A DNA stretch of 64,000 nt from Candidatus Cybelea sp. (GCA_035656195.1 DASRSZ010000051.1:4361-68360); one strand, 5' to 3'. Shown: positions 47,876-57,326, numbered from the stretch's first letter. Program-made: numbers and translations. Notes: generated by a model not told the origin, from the sequence alone.

Positions 47876-48454
47876 CTAGCTGGGCAGCTGGCGATAGAGC
47901 AGCACGACGTATAGGATGGTGAGTACCATTGCCTGGGCCGTGATCCACTCCTGCGCTTTTCGCGACCGCAGCACGTATCCTACTACGATCGCCGCATCGA
48001 AGAGAATCAAGAATGCAAAGTTGAGCGACGACGCCATGTGCCCGGTTCGTGCGAACTCTTCCGCGATGCTCAGCGCCGGCAGGAAGAACAGGATTGCAAA
48101 AAACCAGGCCCGATTGTGAAAGTACCACTCGCCCAGATCGAGCTTCCCATTCTCCTCGCGCTCGGGTAGTACTAAAGAGGAAAGCACGAAGAGGTCGACG
48201 GGCACGAGCACCTGCAGCCAGAACGAGCCAAAGTTCCATCGCATTGTGTGACGCAGACCCCACTCGGCCCACCAGTGCTGCACGGAGATGAAGAAGAGCC
48301 AGATCGCCCACACGATTGGCGGCCAATAGAAATCCACACGCTCGCGCGCCGTAATCACCGTCGCTAGTCGCGTCAAAACGTTTGCGATCGCCAACCCAAG
48401 CACTATCGATATCAATACGATCAGGTAATCGAATGCACTCATTGTCGTCGGCAT
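47876..48454 (-). CDS. Hypothetical polytopic membrane protein
   Basis: About 6 hydrophobic segments starting at 'MSAFDYLIVLISIVLGLAIANVL'. The Arg/Pro-rich extension up to 48562 overlaps the upstream gene, so I reject it. Confidence 0.5.
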   Translation of the reverse strand: MPTTMSAFDYLIVLISIVLGLAIANVLTRLATVITARERVDFYWPPIVWAIWLFFISVQHWWAEWGLRHTMRWNFGSFWLQVLVPVDLFVLSSLVLPEREENGKLDLGEWYFHNRAWFFAILFFLPALSIAEEFARTGHMASSLNFAFLILFDAAIVVGYVLRSRKAQEWITAQAMVLTILYVVLLYRQLPS

Positions 48455-48467
48455 GAGGCGTAGTCTT

Positions 48468-48992
48468 CTAGCTTGGCGTCGGAGAAGGCTGCGGCGCGGT
48501 GGATGGCGTGGTTGATGCGGCCGGCGACGAGATGGCTGATGCGGCCGGCGATGGCGTGGCACGCATTGCAGTTGCCCATGTGGGGTAAGGCTTCGTCGCG
48601 ATACCTCGGTGGAGCTGATCTCGGCTGAGACGCGCGTACGGCGACGTGGGGAACCGTGATTTCACATCAGTGAAGAGTGCAATCGCGCGATCCCGCGCAT
48701 GCGTTCCGGGAAGTTCCTGGTAGAGGCGTGCGAGCGCGAACCCCGTTGAGGGCAGCCACGGGTCCCGCGGATAGAGCCGCGTCCATTCTTGGTATGCCTC
48801 GTCGGTAAGAATCAGCAGATGCTCGGCCTGTTCGGGAAGGAGTTCGTGGGTTTCGTAACGCTTGCGCAGCTGCATCGTCTCGTAGCGTATGCGCAGCGCG
48901 CTCATTTTGAGTTTGCCGAAATAACGGTCGCCGGGGGCACTCGTGAGAGACGCCTGGGCGATGAGCACGATGAGGCCAATGAGGAGCCGCAT
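48468..48992 (-). CDS. Hypothetical secreted helical protein
   Basis: Signal peptide 'MRLLIGLIVLIAQASLTSA', a helical-repeat-like body, and an Ala/Ser/Pro/Thr-rich tail. Confidence 0.5.
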   Translation of the reverse strand: MRLLIGLIVLIAQASLTSAPGDRYFGKLKMSALRIRYETMQLRKRYETHELLPEQAEHLLILTDEAYQEWTRLYPRDPWLPSTGFALARLYQELPGTHARDRAIALFTDVKSRFPTSPYARLSRDQLHRGIATKPYPTWATAMRATPSPAASAISSPAASTTPSTAPQPSPTPS

Positions 48993-49010
48993 GACGGTCC
49001 GCGGCTGCCG

Positions 49011-49283
49011 TTAGTGGTAAAAGTACGGGTCGAGCACGGTGACCGGCACGATTGAATCGATTGGGAGGCCATTTTGTTCGGCGGTTTGCCGGATTGCAGC
49101 TTCGTCGGGTCCGTCGTAGATGCAGTACGTCTTCTTCTTATCGGCCGAGACGTACGAGTGCACCCAAGTAACGCCGCTTGCGGCGTTCGTGGCGCAGACC
49201 TTCTGGACGACTCGCGTTCCGTCGTCGTCTACCGGGATCTGCAAGCCGTCGGGGAAGGTTCGCTCGACGAGAAAGCGCGGCAT
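49011..49283 (-). CDS. DUF4242-like small protein (SCO4226-type ferredoxin-like fold)
   Basis: 'MPRFLVERTFPDG...VTWVHSYVSADKKKTYCIYDGPDEAAIRQ', 90 aa. GAGGAG lies upstream. Confidence 0.6.
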   Translation of the reverse strand: MPRFLVERTFPDGLQIPVDDDGTRVVQKVCATNAASGVTWVHSYVSADKKKTYCIYDGPDEAAIRQTAEQNGLPIDSIVPVTVLDPYFYH

Positions 49284-49306
49284 AGTTTGCTCCTCTGGAA
49301 AAGACG

Positions 49307-49333
49307 ATGGGCCGCTAGAGGTTAGCGGCCCAT
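49307..49333 (-). terminator. Hairpin downstream of 49377..50348
   Basis: Perfect 10-bp stem 'atgggccgct' / 'agcggcccat'. On the minus strand 'cgtcttttcc' follows. Confidence 0.5.
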
Positions 49334-49376
49334 CCGGATTTGCCTGCGGCGTTTTGCCGTAGGTTATTGCGCGCGT

Positions 49377-50348
49377 CTAGGGGTAGCTGTGCACGCAGGA
49401 CTGGCTGGCGTTGCTCCACATCGGTTGCGCCGAGTACGAGTACGTGCGGAACGGATCGTTTTGGACGTTCGTCCACGCGCACAGGTCGCCGATCTCGCCG
49501 TAGCTGAAGTTGTACCAGCCGCTGGGCGGGTTCGGATCGGTGACGGATTCGCCATACTCGTGACCTTCGACGATCGTCACGCCTTCGTCAGCTCCGCTCT
49601 CATCCGACGGCGGGCTGATGAAGTTCGAGCCGCAGTTCGCGCCCGCATCCGGCATGTACGGCAGATTCGTGTACGCCACGAGCTTGCCGCTGCCATACGT
49701 TGCGCCGTGGTACGCGCAGAAGCTCGAGCCGAATCCAGATGTGTTGTGATTATGCGGCGTTGCTACGACGTACGAACCGTTAGGATCGTAGCCGAAATGC
49801 GCGACACCGTTGAGAGCTTCTTGAGCAACCTGCGCATCCGTAGGACTGCTGGGAACCGAATTAGTGTCATCTTCCCAGATGCCCCTGCGTTGCTTCAACG
49901 CGTTGCCGATGTACAGCGTTTTGCTGCCGGATTTTTCGGAGTATTGAGTGTAGATGTTGTTGAGTTTGCTGCCTCCGATCACCCGAGCGTAGCGCTCGAG
50001 CAACGGCTTCACGCTATTAGGATCACCGATGGTTTGGTATCCCCAGAAAATGAGATACATGTGGGGTTTGAGGAGCACCGGCCCGCCGCCATAGCTGAGG
50101 AGAATGGCCGGTTGAACTTTTGCTTGTTGGCGCGCCATTTGAACGGTCGCCATGTAGTGGGGAACGTGGTAGAGAACGCCGCCCTCTTCTTTCCATCCGG
50201 GACCCGAGGGAACCATTTTCTGCGCTTGCTGCTGTGTCGTCAAACCGGTCAAGGGTGTGACGCTGGAGTTCGTGGCGCAGCCTACCATTGCGAGCGTTGC
50301 CGCGCATCCTAAAATGCCGGCAAGCCGCGAGCGCCTATACATACGCAA
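49377..50348 (-). CDS. Conserved lipoprotein, paralogue of 32568..33542, possibly EXORDIUM/PHI-1-like
   Basis: Lipobox 'AMVGCAT'. It is collinear with the 32568 protein over the full length. Confidence 0.6.
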   Translation of the reverse strand: MRMYRRSRLAGILGCAATLAMVGCATNSSVTPLTGLTTQQQAQKMVPSGPGWKEEGGVLYHVPHYMATVQMARQQAKVQPAILLSYGGGPVLLKPHMYLIFWGYQTIGDPNSVKPLLERYARVIGGSKLNNIYTQYSEKSGSKTLYIGNALKQRRGIWEDDTNSVPSSPTDAQVAQEALNGVAHFGYDPNGSYVVATPHNHNTSGFGSSFCAYHGATYGSGKLVAYTNLPYMPDAGANCGSNFISPPSDESGADEGVTIVEGHEYGESVTDPNPPSGWYNFSYGEIGDLCAWTNVQNDPFRTYSYSAQPMWSNASQSCVHSYP

Positions 50349-50437
50349 TCAACCTCTCATAAAGGAGTAGCTAGAGAGTACCTAGCAGGGAAAGGCCGCC
50401 CTTTCATCGGGAGGTCATGCCTCCCCTGCCAATGCAA

Positions 50438-50464
50438 AGCGCGCGGTCTTGGAGACCGCGCGCT
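50438..50464 (-). terminator. Hairpin downstream of 50480..51454
   Basis: Perfect 11-bp stem 'agcgcgcggtc' / 'gaccgcgcgct'. The following U-tract on the minus strand is weak. Confidence 0.4.
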
Positions 50465-50479
50465 CAGGCTTAAATTGCT

Positions 50480-51454
50480 CTACTGCAGAGGCGTCGGATA
50501 GGGCTCGAGGATCGGCCCGGGCGTTGGCCCTAGAATCGGCGTCGGTGTCGGCCCCAGAATCGGCGTCGGTGTCGGCCCCAGAATTGGAGTCGGTGTCGGC
50601 CCCAGAATTGGAGTCGGTCGCGGGAAATCTATGGGAACTGGATCGGGATCGTGGCGCCGTTCGTAGCCGTTGACGAGAGCGCCGCCGAGATCCACGTTGT
50701 GCGCGGTAACGTCCACATTGACGCCGCGCCCCTCGGCAGCGAGCGTCGTGTCGATGCGGCCGCCCGTACCGTTCGAGGCGCAGACGCGCAGCGAACCATT
50801 TTGTTCGTACGTGACCGATTCGCCGTCGCCGAGTTGTAGCGTTTGGCCGCGCGCGATCGAGATCGGTTGGCCGAAGCTCGTAATCGCCGGTTGCCCTTCG
50901 TTGTTCATGCTAATCCTCGTCGCGCCGTTGTTCAGCGAGAGCGTCGCGGACTGGTTCCAGGAGACGCCTTTACCGTTCGGCGGCGTGGTCTGCGTCGAAA
51001 TTTGAAAGCCGCCCGCAAACGAGTTCGAGTTCAGCAAGTCGGGCTGCGAGACCATATTGTTCCATCGGGCGCCGTTGAACGAGAGATGCGGATCGCCTTC
51101 GCTCGAACCGTTGGCATTTTGAAAGAAACGCTCGTTACCGGGCGGCGGGCAGCTTCCGCCGCTGTAGGGAGCGTTGCAGCCGTAACCCATCAGCGACTGC
51201 AGCGCCTGCATGAGCTGCTGCAACATGCCCATGAGCGGCCCGAACAACGTTTGAATCGAGCCCGAGTTTCCGTAGCCGTCGTTGTACGGCGCAGCTAGCG
51301 TGCCTTGGTTGTACCCTGGCGGAACGAAACGCGAGATATTATCGCCCGCGGCCGGCGCCGCTCCCTGGAAAATGGTGCCGCCGTTCTCGGCGTTGCCTGC
51401 CGGAACCGAAAGAGCGTTTGGGCCGAGCTGGCCGTCGAGCGGTTGAACGTACAT
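50480..51454 (-). CDS. Hypothetical protein with a GDPH (VWD/RGM/MIIA-type autocleavage) motif and C-terminal PTPILG octapeptide repeats
   Basis: ATG 51454 is preceded by GGAGG. The longer ORF up to 51607 would overlap prfB. 'GDPHLSFNG' is at 51086-51097 (residues 120-123). I saw no N-terminal signal peptide. Confidence 0.6.
   Translation of the reverse strand: MYVQPLDGQLGPNALSVPAGNAENGGTIFQGAAPAAGDNISRFVPPGYNQGTLAAPYNDGYGNSGSIQTLFGPLMGMLQQLMQALQSLMGYGCNAPYSGGSCPPPGNERFFQNANGSSEGDPHLSFNGARWNNMVSQPDLLNSNSFAGGFQISTQTTPPNGKGVSWNQSATLSLNNGATRISMNNEGQPAITSFGQPISIARGQTLQLGDGESVTYEQNGSLRVCASNGTGGRIDTTLAAEGRGVNVDVTAHNVDLGGALVNGYERRHDPDPVPIDFPRPTPILGPTPTPILGPTPTPILGPTPTPILGPTPGPILEPYPTPLQ
50502..50621 (-). 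repeat. 24-bp tandem repeat, 4 good copies plus 1 degenerate, in-frame coding
   Basis: 'ggccc(t/c)agaat(c/t)gg(c/a)gtcggtgtc' at 50526, 50550, 50574 and 50598. It encodes (PTPILGPT)n. Confidence 0.9.
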
Positions 51455-51548
51455 GATGAACCTCCGTCGGAATAGCTGCGGTTCGATCACGCCGAGCCAA
51501 CGGTACGACAAGGGGAGCATCGTTACGGTAGAAGAAGCGAACCCTAGT

Positions 51549-52659
<1,111 letters not shown>

Positions 52660-52666
52660 AACGGGT

Positions 52667-53176
52667 ATGAAGGCGGTCGAACTTCGCGCTGTTCAGGCGC
52701 CGCTGAAGGAGCGCTATAAAGAAAGGCCGGGAACGGCTCTCATCACGCTCAAAGCTGAAGGTCGCCTCGGTGAGGGCGTTACGTGCAACGTCCGCACGGG
52801 CAAGGCGCTCGTCGAAGCCGGCCTACACCCAGCGACCGGAGGCGACGGGTTGAGCGCGTGTTCCGGCGACATGCTGCTCGAGGCGCTGGTGGCGTGTGCC
52901 GGCGTTACCCTGAGTGCCGTCGCAACCGCGCTGGGAATCGAGATTCGAGAGGGCCGCGTTCGCGCCGAAGGCGATTTAGACTTTCGTGGGACGTTGGGCG
53001 TCGCAAAAGACGTACCGGTCGGGTTTTCGCGGATACGGCTCTATTTCGATCTAGATACCGATGCATCAGAAGATCAATTGGAAACGCTCAGTCGGCTGAC
53101 GGAGCGCTATTGCGTCGTCTATCAAACGCTGCGGCATCCACCCGAGACGTCGGTTTCGCGGGCAGCTTCGGTCTGA
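52667..53176 (+). CDS. OsmC/Ohr-family protein
   Basis: 169 aa. 'CSGDMLLEALVACAGVTL' and a second conserved-Cys region 'ERYCVVYQTL'. Confidence 0.65.
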   Translation: MKAVELRAVQAPLKERYKERPGTALITLKAEGRLGEGVTCNVRTGKALVEAGLHPATGGDGLSACSGDMLLEALVACAGVTLSAVATALGIEIREGRVRAEGDLDFRGTLGVAKDVPVGFSRIRLYFDLDTDASEDQLETLSRLTERYCVVYQTLRHPPETSVSRAASV

Positions 53177-53197
53177 CGTAAGGCGAGGAAGCTCTGC

Positions 53198-54022
53198 ATG
53201 CCGATGTACATGGACATTCACGAAGTTCCGGGAGCGACTGCGAAGGCGGTTGCGGATTGCCACTTTTCCGATATCGAAACTCAGGCCACGTACGGCGTGG
53301 AGTACCACAAATATTGGTTCAATGAAAACCAGGGCAAGATTTTCTGCTTGTGCACCGCGCCGAACGCCGATGCCGCCGCCGCCGTTCATCGCATAGCGCA
53401 CGGCCTGGTGGCGCAAAAAATTATCGAAGTCGCCCCCGAAGTGGCGGAGGGATTCCTAGGCGGGTGTGAAGTCGATCCGGCCGGCGCGGCGCTCCTGCCC
53501 GGAGCTACGGAAGGGCAGCGAGATCCCGGCATCCGAACGGTTCTCTTCACCGACATTGTCGAATCCACGTCCGTGACGCAACGCCTCGGAGACGAGGCCT
53601 TCATGGCATTGCTCGAAATTCACGATGCGATCGTCCGAGAGGCGCTGGAGGCGACCGGGGGACGCGAAATCAAACACACCGGAGACGGAATCATGGCCGC
53701 CTTCGCCTCGGCGGCAGCCGCGGTCCGGTGCGCGACTCGGATTCAGCAGGAGTTATCCGATGATCTCAATCGAGGCGCCGATTCTCGCGTGACCGTCCGT
53801 ATCGGTTTGGCCGCCGGAGAACCCGTGGAAAACAATCGCGATCTTTTCGGGTCAACGGTACAGTTGGCCGCGCGCGTTTGCTCCTGCGCCGAGCCGAAGC
53901 AAACGCTTGTTACGAACGTCGTCGCCGAGCTATGTGTGGGAAAGGGCCTGACGTTTGCGGACTTAGGTGGAATTTCGCTCAAAGGCTTCGACCAGCCGGT
54001 TCACGTTCACGCTGTGCGCTAA
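53198..54022 (+). CDS. DUF4242-like domain fused to a class III adenylate/guanylate cyclase domain
   Basis: The N-terminal ~85 aa 'MPMYMDIHEVPGATAKAV...KIFCLCTAPNADAAAAVH' are DUF4242-like. The C-terminus 'RTVLFTDIVESTS...HTGDGIMAAF...GEPV...GSTVQLAAR' is a cyclase domain. Confidence 0.7.
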   Translation: MPMYMDIHEVPGATAKAVADCHFSDIETQATYGVEYHKYWFNENQGKIFCLCTAPNADAAAAVHRIAHGLVAQKIIEVAPEVAEGFLGGCEVDPAGAALLPGATEGQRDPGIRTVLFTDIVESTSVTQRLGDEAFMALLEIHDAIVREALEATGGREIKHTGDGIMAAFASAAAAVRCATRIQQELSDDLNRGADSRVTVRIGLAAGEPVENNRDLFGSTVQLAARVCSCAEPKQTLVTNVVAELCVGKGLTFADLGGISLKGFDQPVHVHAVR

Positions 54023-54025
54023 CGC

Positions 54026-55411
54026 GTGCGCGATCGGATTCTGTGGTTAGGGTGCCTGCTCTACGCGGCGCTCTTCACGTATCTGGGCTGGGTGAAATAC
54101 GGGGCGCATCGCAACCTCGTCGACTTCGGCATTTTCGCGCAAACGGTCGCGAGCGCGTCTGGCTGCTTCTGCAATCCGATCGAAGGGAGTCACTGGGCGT
54201 TTCACTTCTCACCGGTGCTCTACCCCGTCGGAGTTGTCGTTGCGCTGGTGCACTCGCCGGTCACTCTCATTGCGCTGCAAGCGATGGCCGGCGCGTTGGT
54301 TGCTCCGCCAGTCTACGCGCTTGTGTTGCGTACGAGCAACGACGCCGGGGCGGCTTGGCTTTGCGCGGTGGTAACGTGGCTCTATCCGCCGTTGGCGGGG
54401 GTGATCTTCGGCGACTTTCACGAGAACGGCTTTGCGCCGGCAGCGGTCGCTTGGACGTTCTACGCATTCGATGCCGGATTGACTGTCTGGACGTTCATCG
54501 GGGCGCTCGTGACGCTTGCAATCAAAGAGGATCAAGCGATTTTTCTGGCGATCGCGGGCACGCTCGGCGCGTGGCGTTTCCACGGTACGACGCGGGGCCG
54601 GGTTGCCGCGGCGATCGCCGTCATCGCCGCGCTGGTCGGCATCGCGTTTTTTTTCTACATCCAGCCGCACGCGGCGGCGCACGCCGCTGCGGGCTGGCAG
54701 CCGGAGCGATTTTATGCCTGGACCGTAAACGACGCGCCCAGGATTGCGGGCGGCATCGGCGCGCGCCTTGGCTTTCTGCTGCTCGCGTTCGTGCCGTTGC
54801 TCTTTCTGCCGCTGCGCTCGCGCATGATTTGGCTTACGCTCGCGCCGATCGCCGAAGTCCTGCTCTCGCGCATGCCGACGACGTATACGATGGGCACGCA
54901 CTACGCCGGAGCTTGGATCGGGTATGTCCTCGTTGCCTTCGCTTTTGGAGTTCGCAGTATGGAGCCGCGGCGGGTTCGCGTCGCGCTTGGGGCGTGCATC
55001 GCACTCTGCGCGGTCGAGTTCGCGGTGGCCGACCCACTCCATCCGGGGCTAAACTTGCGCGCGGTGCAGGCTCGCGACCTCATGCTCGACCGTTTTTTGG
55101 AGACGTTGCCCGCGGATCTCAGCGTCGCGACGCAAGAAGAGGCGTACACGCATCTTGCGTTGTTCGATCCGTACGCAGGGCTGCTGCCGGAATCTGCGCA
55201 GCAGCAGACATCGGCGTGCTTCGCGCTCGTCGATCGCGACTTTCCCGACTCGGCGCGTCTCCAGGAGTACGGCGACGTTCTGATGCGGTTGGTCCAAGCG
55301 CGGCGCTACGTTCTGCTCGAACGCGCCGCCGGCATCGAGCTCTATAGGAGTTGCGCCAGCGCATCGCCGGCGCGCGCCGGCCAGCCACGGTCGGCGCGAA
55401 CGATCCGGTGA
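54026..55411 (+). CDS. DUF2079-like polytopic membrane protein (GT-C-like putative glycosyltransferase)
   Basis: 'DFGIFAQTVASA...GSHWAFHFSPVLY' and about 12 TM segments. GTG start. Confidence 0.55.
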   Translation: MRDRILWLGCLLYAALFTYLGWVKYGAHRNLVDFGIFAQTVASASGCFCNPIEGSHWAFHFSPVLYPVGVVVALVHSPVTLIALQAMAGALVAPPVYALVLRTSNDAGAAWLCAVVTWLYPPLAGVIFGDFHENGFAPAAVAWTFYAFDAGLTVWTFIGALVTLAIKEDQAIFLAIAGTLGAWRFHGTTRGRVAAAIAVIAALVGIAFFFYIQPHAAAHAAAGWQPERFYAWTVNDAPRIAGGIGARLGFLLLAFVPLLFLPLRSRMIWLTLAPIAEVLLSRMPTTYTMGTHYAGAWIGYVLVAFAFGVRSMEPRRVRVALGACIALCAVEFAVADPLHPGLNLRAVQARDLMLDRFLETLPADLSVATQEEAYTHLALFDPYAGLLPESAQQQTSACFALVDRDFPDSARLQEYGDVLMRLVQARRYVLLERAAGIELYRSCASASPARAGQPRSARTIR

Positions 55412-56310
55412 GGCGCCGCCCACGGCGCCCATCGCGCAACCTGTAACGCATAGCTGCGCGACGAGGGAAAAATCGCGACGATCGGCGTGCCGATCATACC
55501 GGCAACGTGGAGCGCGCCGGAATCGGGCGCGACGATGGCCGGTGCGGCGCCGATCGCTGCTTTCCACGCGGCGATTTCGCTGAAGTATTCGACCGCGATC
55601 CCGGTTGATTGCGCGGTCCGTTCCGCGTAAGCAGCTTCATTTTCCGCGCAGAGAAGGCGCAGCTCGGCGTTGCCGGCGAGGCGGCGGATGAGGTCGACGA
55701 CCTCTTCGAAAGCGATCCCCAGACGCTGCCATTTTTCGGTGATCTGAACCGCGACGCGCTCGTCCGGCGCCGGTTCGGTTTCGAGCACGAGCGGACGTAA
55801 CTCCAAAAGATCGCGCGTCGGCTGCTCGTCGCCCACCAGCGACTGCGCCAGGGCGAACAGCACTTCGCATTCGTGGGGCGCGCGCCGGTCTAAACCCGCG
55901 CTCCGATAGATTGTGCGTGTCAGCAAAAGGCGGGCCCACAAGCTCTTGAACGGCTTGCCGAACGGATCTGCAAAACCGATGCGGACGGGCGCCCCGACGG
56001 CGCGCGCCAAGCGATAGCCTCCTGGATCTTCGGTCGCTACCAAAACGTGGGAATACTCGTTCACACGCAGACTCCGCCCGAGCTTTTCGATCGCCGCCAG
56101 GTTCGCTCGCGTGCTCGAGCGTAGCTGGAAATCGCTCGCCACGATCTGGCCCACGGCGCGCGGAGCGAAGACGTCCGCGTTAGAGGGTTGCAAGACCAGA
56201 TCGACCGCTATTGCACGGCGATGCAACGCGACCAGCAATGGAGTGAGCGCGAGCGCATCGCCGATCGCATCGAGGCGGATGATCAGCACCGACGGTGAAA
56301 CCTTCGGCAT
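55342..56310 (-). CDS. Glycosyltransferase family 9 (heptosyltransferase-like)
   Basis: 'ILIIRLDAIGDALALTPLL' N-terminus and 'PDSGALHVAGMIGTPIVAIF' C-terminal motif. Confidence 0.75.
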   Translation of the reverse strand: MPKVSPSVLIIRLDAIGDALALTPLLVALHRRAIAVDLVLQPSNADVFAPRAVGQIVASDFQLRSSTRANLAAIEKLGRSLRVNEYSHVLVATEDPGGYRLARAVGAPVRIGFADPFGKPFKSLWARLLLTRTIYRSAGLDRRAPHECEVLFALAQSLVGDEQPTRDLLELRPLVLETEPAPDERVAVQITEKWQRLGIAFEEVVDLIRRLAGNAELRLLCAENEAAYAERTAQSTGIAVEYFSEIAAWKAAIGAAPAIVAPDSGALHVAGMIGTPIVAIFPSSRSYALQVARWAPWAAPHRIVRADRGWPARAGDALAQLL

Positions 56311-56316
56311 ACAGAC

Positions 56317-56661
56317 ATGATCGCCAACGACGATGTGGTGACCTTCGACCAGCTCGACGGCTATCGGACGACGCGAACGTTCGGATACGTCTCGGGCAGC
56401 GCCACGCGGCCCCGCAACCGGCTCCGCTCGACGTTTCGCAGCCTCGGCATGCTGATCGGTTTGGCCAGCGCCGAGTTCCTCAGCGATGCCGAGCAGTTGC
56501 GAAGCGAAGCGCTCGAGGCGCTACGCAAGCGTGCCGATGCGCTCGGTGCCAATGCCGTCATCGGTTTGCAGTTCTTCGTTTCCGAGGGTAGCGACGGCGC
56601 GTGCGAAGTCGTCGCGTTTGGGCAGGCCGTCGCGGTCAGCAAGGCGGAGCCGAACCGGTGA
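56317..56661 (+). CDS. ybjQ: YbjQ-family (UPF0145) protein
   Basis: 114 aa. '...ALEALRKRADALGANAVIGLQF...' is the typical YbjQ core. Confidence 0.7.
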   Translation: MIANDDVVTFDQLDGYRTTRTFGYVSGSATRPRNRLRSTFRSLGMLIGLASAEFLSDAEQLRSEALEALRKRADALGANAVIGLQFFVSEGSDGACEVVAFGQAVAVSKAEPNR

Positions 56662-57326
56662 GCGACGGCGAACGCGCCGAACGCGAACGACTGCTCGTGC
56701 AGGCTGCGATCGCAGCCGATGCATGCCGAAACTGTTCGATCGGATACGAACGGCGCCACAACGTTTACGGTGAAGGCGACCCATACGCGCGCTTGATGGT
56801 CGTCGGCGAAGGGCCGGGCGAGACGGAAGACGAGCTCGGACGCCCGTTCGTGGGGCGAGCCGGTCAACTGCTCGATCGAATGTTGGCCGCGATCGGACTG
56901 CCGCGTGAGCAAGTCTACATCTGCAACACCGTCAAGTGCCGGCCGACGATCGCTGGTCCGCACGGACTGCGCAACCGCGCACCGGATGCCCAAGAAACGG
57001 AAAACTGCCGTCCGTTTTTGGAGGAACAGATCGCGATCGTGGCGCCGGACGTCATCCTTGCACTCGGCTCGCCGGCGGCAAAATGGTTTTTGGGCCAAGA
57101 TTTTCAGATCACTCGGATGCGCGGCCGATGGTATGTCGGGCCACGCGATACGCCGCTGATGGTGACGTTTCATCCCGCCTACATTCTGCGCCAAACCGGC
57201 GGAGGGATCGAGGGCGTCAAGCGGATGGTCTGGGATGATCTCAGAGCCGTGCGCGCGAAACTCGACGAACCACCGGCGCCGAAAATCGAGACGGTTGAAA
57301 TTCATCAAGTGAGCCTCTTCGAGTGA
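56658..57326 (+). CDS. Uracil-DNA glycosylase, family 4
   Basis: 'LMVVGEGPGETEDELGRPFVGRAGQLLDRML', upstream Cys residues for a 4Fe-4S cluster, and 'FHPAYILR'. GTG 56658 overlaps the ybjQ stop (GTGA). Confidence 0.85.
   Translation: MSDGERAERERLLVQAAIAADACRNCSIGYERRHNVYGEGDPYARLMVVGEGPGETEDELGRPFVGRAGQLLDRMLAAIGLPREQVYICNTVKCRPTIAGPHGLRNRAPDAQETENCRPFLEEQIAIVAPDVILALGSPAAKWFLGQDFQITRMRGRWYVGPRDTPLMVTFHPAYILRQTGGGIEGVKRMVWDDLRAVRAKLDEPPAPKIETVEIHQVSLFE

Noticed and set aside
50502-50621. Regular 24-bp repeats considered as a possible CRISPR array.
   Set aside because: The units are directly contiguous with no spacers. They are in frame within an ORF and encode a PTPILGPT peptide repeat. No cas genes are present.
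53878-55347. A 489-codon plus-strand ORF overlapping the cyclase-fusion gene and DUF2079 in another frame.
   Set aside because: Arg and Ala make up a large fraction of its residues. The alternative frame gives a coherent ~12-TM membrane protein with DUF2079-like motifs.
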